IMG/VR virus record: IMGVR_UViG_3300020413_000070
Location: 1-25,712 of that record
Origin: a virus
Taxonomy: Duplodnaviria > Caudoviricetes
Length of the DNA stretch: 25,712 nt
Reading direction: 5' to 3' (one strand)
Within the stretch, counting starts at the first letter, position 1; each line of letters begins with the position of its first letter. The position numbers and the translations under genes are program-made. The notes beneath the pieces were generated by a model, which worked only from the letters and a program-made list of their open reading frames with translations, ran no database searches and was not told where the DNA came from. Positions 11,033-20,134 of this stretch are shown in pieces.

Positions 11033-11285
11033 TTTATCCGATACAATTTCACAATGGGTGACTAAAACAAATACTATATCGACTAATTTAGGTGACATAT
11101 CTACTTTAGCTACACCTGTAACAACTAATACTGTTGCGGCAATTAATTCGATTAAGACACGTGATTCGGCCGGTGTAAGAACAATAACAAATTTTACAAG
11201 TTTTAACTTTGATAATGTTGTAACGTTACAAATATTCGATTCATCAGGAAGTGTATTAAAAACGCTTAGAACTCCGGGGTCTTAA
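11013..11285 (+). CDS. Small putative virion protein (short trimeric-fibre-like N-terminus)
   Basis: SDTISQWVTKTN...LGDISTL....VAAIN resembles N-termini of phage fibre/whisker proteins. GAGG at 11003-11006 favours ATG 11013 over 11010. Contains RDSA and FDSS. Confidence 0.6.
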   Translation: MAVTTVNLSDTISQWVTKTNTISTNLGDISTLATPVTTNTVAAINSIKTRDSAGVRTITNFTSFNFDNVVTLQIFDSSGSVLKTLRTPGS

Positions 11286-12218
11286 ATGGCCTATCGTTTT
11301 CCTTTATATTACGATCGTAGTAATGGGTCATTGAAAAATATGACTCAAGCTCAATTAGCAGAAATTGTTAATGCAGTTAGATACGAATGGGGTGCTTCTC
11401 CTTATCCAGGATTAGGCGTAGTTATAGCCGGCGGTAGTATGGATTCATTGACCGAAACTCGATTACAGGCTGGTACTTTTGTTACTCATGTAAGTAGTTT
11501 TCAAGATGCACCTGATACTTCAATTGTAACAACAACATTTGATAAAGTATCTCAGTCACATTCTGGTGTCGGAACTTCCGAATATACTGGTAATTTACCT
11601 TGTTATTATGATGCATCTGGTATTATTAAACACATGTCATTACAAGATGTAAAAGATACATTTATTTATCCTGCAATAGTTTTATTAACTGATGGTACAG
11701 ATCAACCCGGTACACATAAGATAACGACTTCAACTACTTTAGCCGGACATACTGTTGATACTGTAAATGGAGCAATGTATATCGATACAAGAGCAGATGC
11801 TTCGGCTTATACGGCTGGATCTATACCAGAAGCACAAGATCAGCCTACTAACATCACGTCATATTATCTAGCTAAAGTTAATAATATTGCTAATCCTACT
11901 CATCAATATCCTATGACAATACTTCCAGATGGAGATTTAGCAGAATATAAACCTGCAACTTTCAGAGCTTTATTGCAGCAAGTTGTAAGACGTACTGCTT
12001 TTACAGATGCTGGATATAAAATAAGATATGGATATTTTGATGGTTCCACACACACTGCAACTGGAGCTAATATGGGTACAGGTATGACAGATACAAGATT
12101 AAACAATCAAGCTACTGGTTCTGTTCAAATAGGTGGTGATGATTATAGAACTCAAGATTTTCCAGCTGGAACATCAGTAACAATTAACACTACTTTTTTA
12201 CGAATACGGAGAGATTAA
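11286..12218 (+). CDS. Hypothetical T/G/S-rich protein, probably structural, with degenerate internal repeats
   Basis: 310 aa, starts directly after the previous stop; composition like the neighbouring virion proteins; recurring PLYYD/PCYYD and TETRL/IDTRA/TDTRL elements. Confidence 0.65.
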   Translation: MAYRFPLYYDRSNGSLKNMTQAQLAEIVNAVRYEWGASPYPGLGVVIAGGSMDSLTETRLQAGTFVTHVSSFQDAPDTSIVTTTFDKVSQSHSGVGTSEYTGNLPCYYDASGIIKHMSLQDVKDTFIYPAIVLLTDGTDQPGTHKITTSTTLAGHTVDTVNGAMYIDTRADASAYTAGSIPEAQDQPTNITSYYLAKVNNIANPTHQYPMTILPDGDLAEYKPATFRALLQQVVRRTAFTDAGYKIRYGYFDGSTHTATGANMGTGMTDTRLNNQATGSVQIGGDDYRTQDFPAGTSVTINTTFLRIRRD

Positions 12219-12220
12219 AT

Positions 12221-13015
12221 ATGCAACCTGGTTATGAATTTGTTGAAGCGAGATTTATAGATGAAGATCACCTTAACGTAGCAGTTATGTGGAAAACACC
12301 AGAAGAACAACTTATAGAAGAAGTTATATCTTCAGATCCAACTCAATTACAATGGAATCAACTTATGAAACACACAACTGAGAAAGCTGTGTGGGATCGA
12401 ACTGCTGAATGGAAATTAGAAGAAAAGAAAAAGTTTGATGCGTATATCAGACCCGCAGTTGATGCTGAAGTTGAAAAAAGAGTTCAAGCAGAAATAGCTC
12501 TTAGAGAAAAAAAAGTTAAAGAAGAAGTATCTCATAGATTAGTTGAAAAATATCCTGTTTTAGTTGATGAGTTAAATACAAAAAGGTCTGAAGTAACAAA
12601 TTTAGTAAGATTAGTTAAAGGAAAAGATGGAGAAATAGATAATTTAGTAACAAGCGTTAACTTAAAAGAAGGTGAAGTTCAGGTTTTAGCAAGAGATAAT
12701 AAAATTCTTGTAGAAGATATTGAAAGAATAAATTTAAATATGAAAGAATTTATTGATAAGCCTTTTACTGTAGCTGCTTCTGACAAATTCCAAAAAGAAT
12801 TTGAAGCTATTAAACAACAATTAAAACAGGATATGATTATAACTCCTGAAAAATTATTTCAATTACTTATTGAAAATAACGAAAATGAAGAATATCTATT
12901 TAAATTTAAGTTAGAGGCTTTCAAATTAGATCATATTAAAAATACTAAATCTAAAAAAATAAAAACAGATATAAGAAAAGCAAAAACTCTTATCGAATTG
13001 TTTAAATTAATATAA
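12221..13015 (+). CDS. Hypothetical charged protein with a long central coiled coil
   Basis: 264 aa, E/K-rich with heptad periodicity over roughly residues 60-205; stop overlaps the first glycosyltransferase start (TAATG). Confidence 0.7.
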   Translation: MQPGYEFVEARFIDEDHLNVAVMWKTPEEQLIEEVISSDPTQLQWNQLMKHTTEKAVWDRTAEWKLEEKKKFDAYIRPAVDAEVEKRVQAEIALREKKVKEEVSHRLVEKYPVLVDELNTKRSEVTNLVRLVKGKDGEIDNLVTSVNLKEGEVQVLARDNKILVEDIERINLNMKEFIDKPFTVAASDKFQKEFEAIKQQLKQDMIITPEKLFQLLIENNENEEYLFKFKLEAFKLDHIKNTKSKKIKTDIRKAKTLIELFKLI

Positions 13016-13656
13016 TGAATATAATATTTGTTAAATGGGGTACTAAGTACTCGAGTGATCACGTTATCAATTTATATAATTCTTTAAAGAATTACGATTA
13101 TCCAAATCACTACTATTATTGTTACACAGATAGAGATGCAGATGTTTTAATTAATGCTGGTCTTAGGACAGTTCCTATTCCAGAAAAACCATCGTTAAAA
13201 AAATGGTGGAATAAGCTTAAAATGTTTGATAAAGATTTTCCATTAGTTGGAAAAAATTTATATTTTGATTTAGATATTAAAATAAACTCTGATCCTTTTG
13301 ATATAATTAAGCAAATTAATTGGAATAAACTAACGGTGATTGATTGTCACTGGAAAAAATCTAATCTATATAAAAGATTGTCTAATTACGATGTTGATAT
13401 AAATTCATCAATGCTAGCGTGGCATTCTAAATCAACTAGTGTGCATGAAATGTGGGATCATTTTTATAACTCTGGTTATAAAGATTATTTCTTAAGAAAA
13501 TACGTTGGAATAGATCGCTATATAGTACATGAAGATTTTGAATATAATACATTTCCACATGACTTTATACAATCATATAAATATGAACCAGATAAAAAAG
13601 CACCAGTAACAACATTTGAAGAGGTAAAATTTGAAGGAACAAATTCTATATCGTAG
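13015..13656 (+). CDS. GT-A fold glycosyltransferase-like protein
   Basis: VKWGTKYS...V..LY, YCYTD, WWNKL.MF, DxD motif (LYFDLDI) and NSSML.W; pattern of GT8-related phage glycosyltransferases. Confidence 0.8.
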   Translation: MNIIFVKWGTKYSSDHVINLYNSLKNYDYPNHYYYCYTDRDADVLINAGLRTVPIPEKPSLKKWWNKLKMFDKDFPLVGKNLYFDLDIKINSDPFDIIKQINWNKLTVIDCHWKKSNLYKRLSNYDVDINSSMLAWHSKSTSVHEMWDHFYNSGYKDYFLRKYVGIDRYIVHEDFEYNTFPHDFIQSYKYEPDKKAPVTTFEEVKFEGTNSIS

Positions 13657-14263
13657 TCTTAAGATTATAGAAGAAATATATGATGAATCACAATATGGTG
13701 TAGATGATTTATATCGTATAAAAGATATTGTACATTCGTTAGATGACAATCATTGGAATAGTAAGCAATGGCTTGTTGATACATTAACGCCTATTCATAA
13801 AAAATTATTTCCAAATAATTGTAAAATGTATATTGCCGGTGGCTGGTATGGATTACTTGGTCATCTTTTACGTGATAGATTTAGCGATAATCATATCGTC
13901 TGTGGGGATATAGATCCTATGACAGAACACTATGGTCATAAATTATTTTATGATAGAGATATAGAATTTAAAATTGAAAATTGTTTACAGTCAAAAGATT
14001 TAGACGCTAATATAATTATTAATACTAGTTGCGAACATATTGATAAAGATGATCTTGCAGACTTTATACAAATGAAAAATAAAGAATCTTTAATAGTATT
14101 ACAAACTAATGATTATTATGAGTTAGATTCTCATATCAATTGTTCGAATACACTAGAAGAATTTTGTGAGTTTGTTGAACCTCTATTATCAAAGAAATGG
14201 ATTGTATCTAAAGCATCTTTAGATTTAGGTGACTTTAGTAGATATATGGTAATAGGTCAATGA
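13631..14263 (+). CDS. Class I SAM-dependent methyltransferase-like protein
   Basis: TTG start with GAGG upstream (13621); SKQWL, glycine-rich motif I (IAGGWYG), acidic motif II (GDIDP), IINTSCEH, VLQTND, HINC and C-terminal RYMVIG. Confidence 0.75.
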   Translation: MKEQILYRSLKIIEEIYDESQYGVDDLYRIKDIVHSLDDNHWNSKQWLVDTLTPIHKKLFPNNCKMYIAGGWYGLLGHLLRDRFSDNHIVCGDIDPMTEHYGHKLFYDRDIEFKIENCLQSKDLDANIIINTSCEHIDKDDLADFIQMKNKESLIVLQTNDYYELDSHINCSNTLEEFCEFVEPLLSKKWIVSKASLDLGDFSRYMVIGQ

Positions 14264-15114
14264 ATATAATTTATAGCATATACATCGATATTGAAGATGA
14301 TAATTTAGATAATCCTGGTTGGTGGGAAAATGGTGTACAAATAAAAACAAATAAAAGTTTAGAAACTAAACTGGCATTTAAAAGAAACTATGATAAATTA
14401 AATCAAGTTAAAAAAGATTATGCAGAATCAATAGGAGCTGACTATATTTTATTTGAAAATGATAGTCAATATAAAGAATATTTTAAATCATTTCAAAAAA
14501 AATATTCACAGATATCTGAGTACGATGTTATAAATTTTTATAAGCAATGGTTAATGAAAGAAATGGCGTTAGAATATGATAATGTATGTTATTTAGATTT
14601 TGACGTTATACCAAATACAAAAGATGATATATTTAAAGCACATAAAATAGATACGCACTTTGCTTGTGCTGAAAATAATTCTTTAGCATTGTGGGGAAAG
14701 GTAGTAAATGCAAATAGATATAATACGTGTATTCGAAATCCTGCATCAAAATATTGGAATTGTCATGCAATGTTATTTGAAAAAGGATTAGAACCAGAAA
14801 CCGATGTTTTTAATACTGCTATTATGATTGCATCAAATAAAATTATAAATCAATTAAATTATTTTGGTGATTTTGATAAGACTTTAGATTTAATGACTTA
14901 TGTAAAAAATGATAAAGATTCTATATATCCTCACAATATTAAAAGAGTTTTTGGATATGATAACGAAACTGTATTTGCTTACAGAAGAGTAGTTAATGAA
15001 ATAAAAATAGATTATATTACCGATGATTGGCACTGGAGAGTTGATTCGGATATATGGAAAGAAGACGCAAAAATGTTTCATGTCATGAATAAAAAGTTTG
15101 GTTTATTTTTATGA
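14260..15114 (+). CDS. GT-A fold glycosyltransferase-like protein (GT8/GT34-like)
   Basis: YAESIGADY, DxD motif (VCYLDFDVI), FNTAIM, YDNETVF and a C-terminal W...MFHV.NK; ATGA overlap with the upstream gene. Confidence 0.75.
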   Translation: MNIIYSIYIDIEDDNLDNPGWWENGVQIKTNKSLETKLAFKRNYDKLNQVKKDYAESIGADYILFENDSQYKEYFKSFQKKYSQISEYDVINFYKQWLMKEMALEYDNVCYLDFDVIPNTKDDIFKAHKIDTHFACAENNSLALWGKVVNANRYNTCIRNPASKYWNCHAMLFEKGLEPETDVFNTAIMIASNKIINQLNYFGDFDKTLDLMTYVKNDKDSIYPHNIKRVFGYDNETVFAYRRVVNEIKIDYITDDWHWRVDSDIWKEDAKMFHVMNKKFGLFL

Positions 15115-15749
15115 AAATATATTGTGTAAGTATAGGTGAAAAATACGGACCAGAGTTTGAGAAATATTTAGAAAATAAACTCGGTAAAATAATTTGGATA
15201 CGAGATCAAATAGCCTCTAACGTTCCATTACAATGGAATAAAATGTACCCAATGTCTTTAAGTGATACTGAACCTGTTTGTGTAATTGATTTAGATATTG
15301 TTTTAGAAAATGATTACATGGATTTATTTAATTATCCAATAGAAAGAGGTGAGTTTTTATCAATTCACGGTTGGTGGAGAGATGCGCCGGGTTATACATT
15401 AAATGGCGGATTTTTTAAATACTATCCGATTGACTGTAACTACATATATGAAAAGTTTATGTCTGATATTGAAAAATGGAAAGTACATTATATTAAAAAT
15501 AAAACTACAATCGGTCCAGTAAACGGCGAACAATATTTTGTAGAAGATAGTGTTAATGAAAAATTAAAATTAAAACTTGTGCCTGCAAGTTGGGTTACAA
15601 GATGGAAAAACGATTACAGTCATATATGGTTTGAAGAATTAACAAAGAAATATATAGATGTATCAGGAGAAGATTATCTTAAAAAAGATGATTGGAATCC
15701 TAATATAAAACTAGTTCATTATAATCACACATTAAATAAACCACAATGA
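15111..15749 (+). CDS. GT-A fold glycosyltransferase-like protein, paralogous to 13015..13656
   Basis: CVSIGEKYG, QWNKM, DxD motif (VIDLDIV), NGGFFKY, GEQYFV and C-terminal LVHY; ATGA overlap. Confidence 0.78.
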   Translation: MKIYCVSIGEKYGPEFEKYLENKLGKIIWIRDQIASNVPLQWNKMYPMSLSDTEPVCVIDLDIVLENDYMDLFNYPIERGEFLSIHGWWRDAPGYTLNGGFFKYYPIDCNYIYEKFMSDIEKWKVHYIKNKTTIGPVNGEQYFVEDSVNEKLKLKLVPASWVTRWKNDYSHIWFEELTKKYIDVSGEDYLKKDDWNPNIKLVHYNHTLNKPQ

Positions 15750-16951
15750 AATGTTTAGTACCAGATACTGGAATTACAATTAATCCGATAGGAGAGCTTG
15801 TATTATGCTGTGCAGCTGATCATGTTCCTATTGGTCATATTAAAGATATAGACGACGTTTCTGATTTTTTTAATTCAAAAGTCTATAATGATTTAAGAAA
15901 AAAATTTAAATTAAAAGAATTTCCTGATCAATGCGATGTATGTAAAGTTCATTATAATGCAGGAAGAATAGCAAGATTTGATTCTTATAATAAATTTAGT
16001 TTTCCTACATATGAGCAAGATATTTCTAGTAAAACAATACCTATACGTTATTTAGAAATTACTACAAGTAATATTTGTAATCAAATGTGTGTTACTTGTT
16101 CTGGTAAATATTCATCTAAATGGGCTCCATACGAACAGCATGCTATTGATGTTGGATTAAATTGGAGAAATGAAAACCATAAGTTTCATACAGAAATTTA
16201 TAAAATGACTGATAATGATGTTGATAAGATTTTAAAAATAGTTCCACACTTACAACATTTAACAATAAAAGGTGGTGAACCTTTTGCTGATCATAATAAT
16301 ATAAAGATACTAAAATTGTTAGGAGAAACAAATCCTAAGTGTCGTGTAGAGATATGCACTAACTTTCAATTGGTAACTAATACAGTTATTGATTTACTGC
16401 ATAAAATAGAAGATGTTCATATACAAGCAAGCATCGATGGAACTTATGCATTATATGATTGGATTCGTGGCGGTAATTTTGAAAAAACAATCAACAATAT
16501 TAATAGATATCACGCAGTAGAAGGAAGACACGTTATTCCGGTTATATGCATATCAATATATAATTGGATGAACATTGTTGAGCTGCTAGATTTTTTTAAA
16601 ACTGTAAAGGGTACTCCAAGTATTGATCTTGCAAATTTAGTAACGTTTCCAAAGTATTGTTCACCGCTATATTTGTATCCTCGACACATAAAAGAAGGCC
16701 TTGATAAATTTTATAATTATTTAAAAGGTTATAAAAAAATTCACGATACAATTTATGGATGGAAAGATGCAGAAAACCGGTTAGTAATAAGTGGCATCAA
16801 TAATATTAAAAGTGTAAAATATACAGAAGATTTTTTAGGAAATGATGTTATACAAAAACGCATGATTGATTGGATAGATTTTTGTTTAATTGCTCGTCAA
16901 AACAATGAAGACATATATGAATTAGCTCCGTATTTAAAAGAATATAAATGA
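15746..16951 (+). CDS. Radical SAM protein with N-terminal twitch/SPASM-like domain
   Basis: CNQMCVTC (CxxxCxxC), KGGEPF, SIDG...YDWIRG; N-terminal C...INPIGELVLCC...CDVC. Confidence 0.9.
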   Translation: MKCLVPDTGITINPIGELVLCCAADHVPIGHIKDIDDVSDFFNSKVYNDLRKKFKLKEFPDQCDVCKVHYNAGRIARFDSYNKFSFPTYEQDISSKTIPIRYLEITTSNICNQMCVTCSGKYSSKWAPYEQHAIDVGLNWRNENHKFHTEIYKMTDNDVDKILKIVPHLQHLTIKGGEPFADHNNIKILKLLGETNPKCRVEICTNFQLVTNTVIDLLHKIEDVHIQASIDGTYALYDWIRGGNFEKTINNINRYHAVEGRHVIPVICISIYNWMNIVELLDFFKTVKGTPSIDLANLVTFPKYCSPLYLYPRHIKEGLDKFYNYLKGYKKIHDTIYGWKDAENRLVISGINNIKSVKYTEDFLGNDVIQKRMIDWIDFCLIARQNNEDIYELAPYLKEYK

Positions 16952-18096
16952 ATGAAGCAAAAAAAATAGCTAAATACCGAAAGTATTTAAATGATAGTGA
17001 AAAACAAATAACTTGTTATGCTCCTTTCACCTCGATGCATATCAATATGCATGGAGTAATGAAGCCATGTCCTTTTTCATTTAAAGGGGTGCAAAAGAAG
17101 TTTAAACGATGGACACCAGAACATTCAATAAAAGATTTTTTTAACGAAGAAGAATATGAGAATTTGAGAAATGCCATGATAGAAGGCACATTAACAGATG
17201 CGTGTATTTATTGTAAAAATTCTATTAAAGAAGATAAACCTCCTAGTAGCTTAGATTTTGATTGGGTTGGTGGTAAAAGAAATATTAACAATATTACTCC
17301 AAAAGAAATAGAAATTGAATTATCTAATAGTTGTAATTATATGTGTTTAGGATGCGGTCCAACGCATTCAACACAACATGTAAAAAATATGGGTTTAGAA
17401 AAAGATTCAAGATATATAAGTAAATTTGATGCAAACTCTGAATATTATGATAAAATTATAATTGATTTAAAAGAAATAATTCATGACTTACATCGAATTA
17501 ATTTTACTGGTGGTGAACCATTTGCACAAAAAATTGTATATGATATTTTAAAAATGATAGAAAAAGAAAAACCAAAAGATTTAAAAATTCATTTTACAAC
17601 AAACGGAAGTGTTATGAATGGAGCTGTAAAAAGATTAGCTCAAAAAGAAAATACTCGTTTTACAATATCATTAGATTCTATTAACCCAAAGATTTATCCT
17701 ATAGTGAGAGTAAATGGCAATTTAAAAAATGTAATGAATAATATTAATTATCTATTAAAACAAAAAGCAGAACTTGGTTGTTCTTTTGTTATAAGCAAAT
17801 ACAACGTAAGAGAATTACCTGATATTGTTTCATGGTGTAACGAAAGATTTATTGAATTTTCTTATCATATTATTAATGAAATGGGACGTGGATGGGATCC
17901 AATTCTTCCTATAGCAGTTGAATTTGAAACTCAAGAATATAAAAAAGAATTAAAAAATTATCTACAAAATAAAATAGATGATATAAAGTTTGTAGAAGTA
18001 AAAGATTTTATAACAAACCAAGAAAAATATAACAAATGGTATGTACAACGTAAAAATTTAAATATGTTTAAACAATATATTGAAAGAATACAATAA
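16948..18096 (+). CDS. Radical SAM protein with N-terminal twitch/SPASM-like domain
   Basis: CNYMCLGC, TGGEPF, TTNGS, ISLDS....Y..VR; N-terminal CYAPF.SMHIN.HG.MKPC...CIYC. Confidence 0.9.
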   Translation: MNEAKKIAKYRKYLNDSEKQITCYAPFTSMHINMHGVMKPCPFSFKGVQKKFKRWTPEHSIKDFFNEEEYENLRNAMIEGTLTDACIYCKNSIKEDKPPSSLDFDWVGGKRNINNITPKEIEIELSNSCNYMCLGCGPTHSTQHVKNMGLEKDSRYISKFDANSEYYDKIIIDLKEIIHDLHRINFTGGEPFAQKIVYDILKMIEKEKPKDLKIHFTTNGSVMNGAVKRLAQKENTRFTISLDSINPKIYPIVRVNGNLKNVMNNINYLLKQKAELGCSFVISKYNVRELPDIVSWCNERFIEFSYHIINEMGRGWDPILPIAVEFETQEYKKELKNYLQNKIDDIKFVEVKDFITNQEKYNKWYVQRKNLNMFKQYIERIQ

Positions 18097-19406
18097 TGTC
18101 AAGTCCTAGATATATTTATATACATAAAAAATTAACTCAAAAAGTTAATCCAGAATCTTTGATAATTTCTAATAAAAAAAGAACTATTCCAGAAAATCAA
18201 AAATACATTAGCTGTTTTGCACCCTTTAATCATCTTAGAATTAATAGATCAGGTGAAGTATCACCGTGTTGTTTTTCTACACATAGAGAAAGATGGAAAA
18301 GAGGCAGTGTTAGTTTACGTGAAATTTGGTTTAAAGGTATTATTACCAAATATCAAGAACAAATGATTAATGAAAAATTACATTCAGGTTGTACTATATG
18401 CATTAATAAAATTAATCGAAATATTACTCCGCATATTCCAGATTATGATTGGAATGATAATGATAGAATGAGAAGCACACTTAATATAACCTATCCTAAA
18501 ATACTCGATATCGAATTATCTAATTTATGCAATTTAGAATGTCCTATGTGTTTTGGTTTTTTATCATCTAAGCATGCTATGAATCGAGATAAATTTTATA
18601 ATGAAAAAGCTGGTAAAGAATTACAAGGTAAAAAAAAGAATTGGGGTGTAAATAGATTTGATAGCGATAAAAACCTAAATGCATTTATCGAAGAGTTAAA
18701 AGAATTTATACCACATTGTAAAGAAATGCGTTTTGCAGGAGGCGAACCTTTTGCACATAAAGCTATGTATAAAATAGCAAAAGTAGTTGCAGAAATTAAT
18801 CCAGAAGTTAGATTAGAAATATGTACAAATGGAACTGTATATAATAAAAATGTTGAAAAAATCATAAAAGAAAATAATGTTTCTTTCTCATTTTCTATCG
18901 ATACTGTAATACCAGAAGAATATAATTCTATTCGTGTTGGTGCTGAATACGAAAAAACATTTCAAAACATTGAAAAAATATCTCAATTAACAACACCAGA
19001 AAATATAACAATATCTACTGTTTTAATGAGTAAGAATTGCAAAAACTTTATAAAATTTTTTAAATGGGGTTATGACAGAAAATATAAAATATTTGTTAAT
19101 ACGTACGATCTTCATGGAAGAAAAAGATGGATACCTGATTGGAGTTTATCTTTAGTAGATAAAGAAGTAAAAGACAATGTCATTAGCCAATGTGTGCATT
19201 GGTTAAACAAAATTAAAATAAAAGAAGAAGATTACAAATCAGACAATTTGTTTGAAAATAGAGATTTAGCCAAAAAATTAGCTGCTATTAAAATTTATAA
19301 TAATAATTATGAAAATCAACTTAAAAAAGTAATATTTTTATTAAAAGAAAACACTAGTCAAGAATTAATTGACATATCAGAAGAAGAAAACTGGACATAT
19401 ACTTGA
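18096..19406 (+). CDS. Radical SAM protein with N-terminal twitch/SPASM-like domain
   Basis: CNLECPMC, AGGEPF, CTNGT, FSIDT....Y..IR; N-terminal CFAPFNHLRINRSGEVSPCC...CTIC. Confidence 0.9.
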   Translation: MSSPRYIYIHKKLTQKVNPESLIISNKKRTIPENQKYISCFAPFNHLRINRSGEVSPCCFSTHRERWKRGSVSLREIWFKGIITKYQEQMINEKLHSGCTICINKINRNITPHIPDYDWNDNDRMRSTLNITYPKILDIELSNLCNLECPMCFGFLSSKHAMNRDKFYNEKAGKELQGKKKNWGVNRFDSDKNLNAFIEELKEFIPHCKEMRFAGGEPFAHKAMYKIAKVVAEINPEVRLEICTNGTVYNKNVEKIIKENNVSFSFSIDTVIPEEYNSIRVGAEYEKTFQNIEKISQLTTPENITISTVLMSKNCKNFIKFFKWGYDRKYKIFVNTYDLHGRKRWIPDWSLSLVDKEVKDNVISQCVHWLNKIKIKEEDYKSDNLFENRDLAKKLAAIKIYNNNYENQLKKVIFLLKENTSQELIDISEEENWTYT

Positions 19407-20089
19407 TGACTAGGCATTTTCATGGAAAAGAAAATAGAGATCTTATAAAGCATAAACATTTTGTATACGAACAAGATGGTGTTTATCATAAAAAAATTAC
19501 TAAATTTAGGACGCGTCATTGGTTTAATGATCCAGTTCGTGGTAAATCATATGCAGAAAATAAGTGGTTTAAAACTTATAAGAAAAGATTTAATGATCAT
19601 CCTAATTTTGTATCTTTATTACACATTGATTTTGATGACAAATATTATAAAATGAGTAAAATTGATTACGTTTGTACATTATATGAAAGATTAGATAATT
19701 TACTAGTAAATCAAGCAGCAAAAAAATATTCTAAAAATAAGAACAAATATTTAGACAATGAAAAAGAATGTATACAAAAAATATTTAATCAATATAAAAT
19801 TATTGTAAATCATATTCTTTCGTTTAACGATAACTTTTTACATATCGATATATGGGGTTATCAAAACGTACTGGTTGATAAAAATGATAATTTATTCTTA
19901 ATCGATCCAGATGGATTTACACATTTAAACACAAAGCACACACACTGGGCAAAATATAAGATGTATAAAAACCTAGCAGATATCAAAAGAATAGAACTTT
20001 TCATTATAAATAAAGATATTAATATCTCTTGGGAAAGAATTAGATACGGTTATTTGTCAGATAGTTGTAAAATACCTGCATCTAGTTAA
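19406..20089 (+). CDS. Protein-kinase-like fold phosphotransferase (APH/RIO/Kdo-WaaP-like)
   Basis: HPNFV, catalytic-loop-like FLHIDIWGYQNVLVD and metal-binding LIDPD. ATG at 19406 overlaps the upstream TGA (TGATG), preferred over TTG 19403. Confidence 0.65.
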   Translation: MTRHFHGKENRDLIKHKHFVYEQDGVYHKKITKFRTRHWFNDPVRGKSYAENKWFKTYKKRFNDHPNFVSLLHIDFDDKYYKMSKIDYVCTLYERLDNLLVNQAAKKYSKNKNKYLDNEKECIQKIFNQYKIIVNHILSFNDNFLHIDIWGYQNVLVDKNDNLFLIDPDGFTHLNTKHTHWAKYKMYKNLADIKRIELFIINKDINISWERIRYGYLSDSCKIPASS

Positions 20090-20100
20090 AGTTTATATTA

Positions 20101-20108
20101 TATAAATA
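20101..20108 (+). promoter_or_regulatory. T4-type late promoter (TATAAATA box)
   Basis: Exact TATAAATA in the gap between the kinase stop (20089) and the ATG at 20135, followed by an AAGG RBS-like site. Confidence 0.8.
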
Positions 20109-20134
20109 ACATTAATAGTTTTTAAGGTATTTTT

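Noticed and set aside
12507-18637. A8 homopolymers (near 12507, 14495, 16959, 18630) as phase-variation tracts
   Set aside because: Short runs of Lys codons are expected in DNA this AT-rich, and all reading frames are intact.
13015-20089. Cassette as a DNA hypermodification or queuosine/7-deazaguanine pathway
   Set aside because: No thymidylate synthase/hydroxymethylase, folE, queC, queD or dpdA-like gene is visible, and the genes are embedded in the late tail operon. Disfavoured rather than excluded, since the rest of the genome is unseen.
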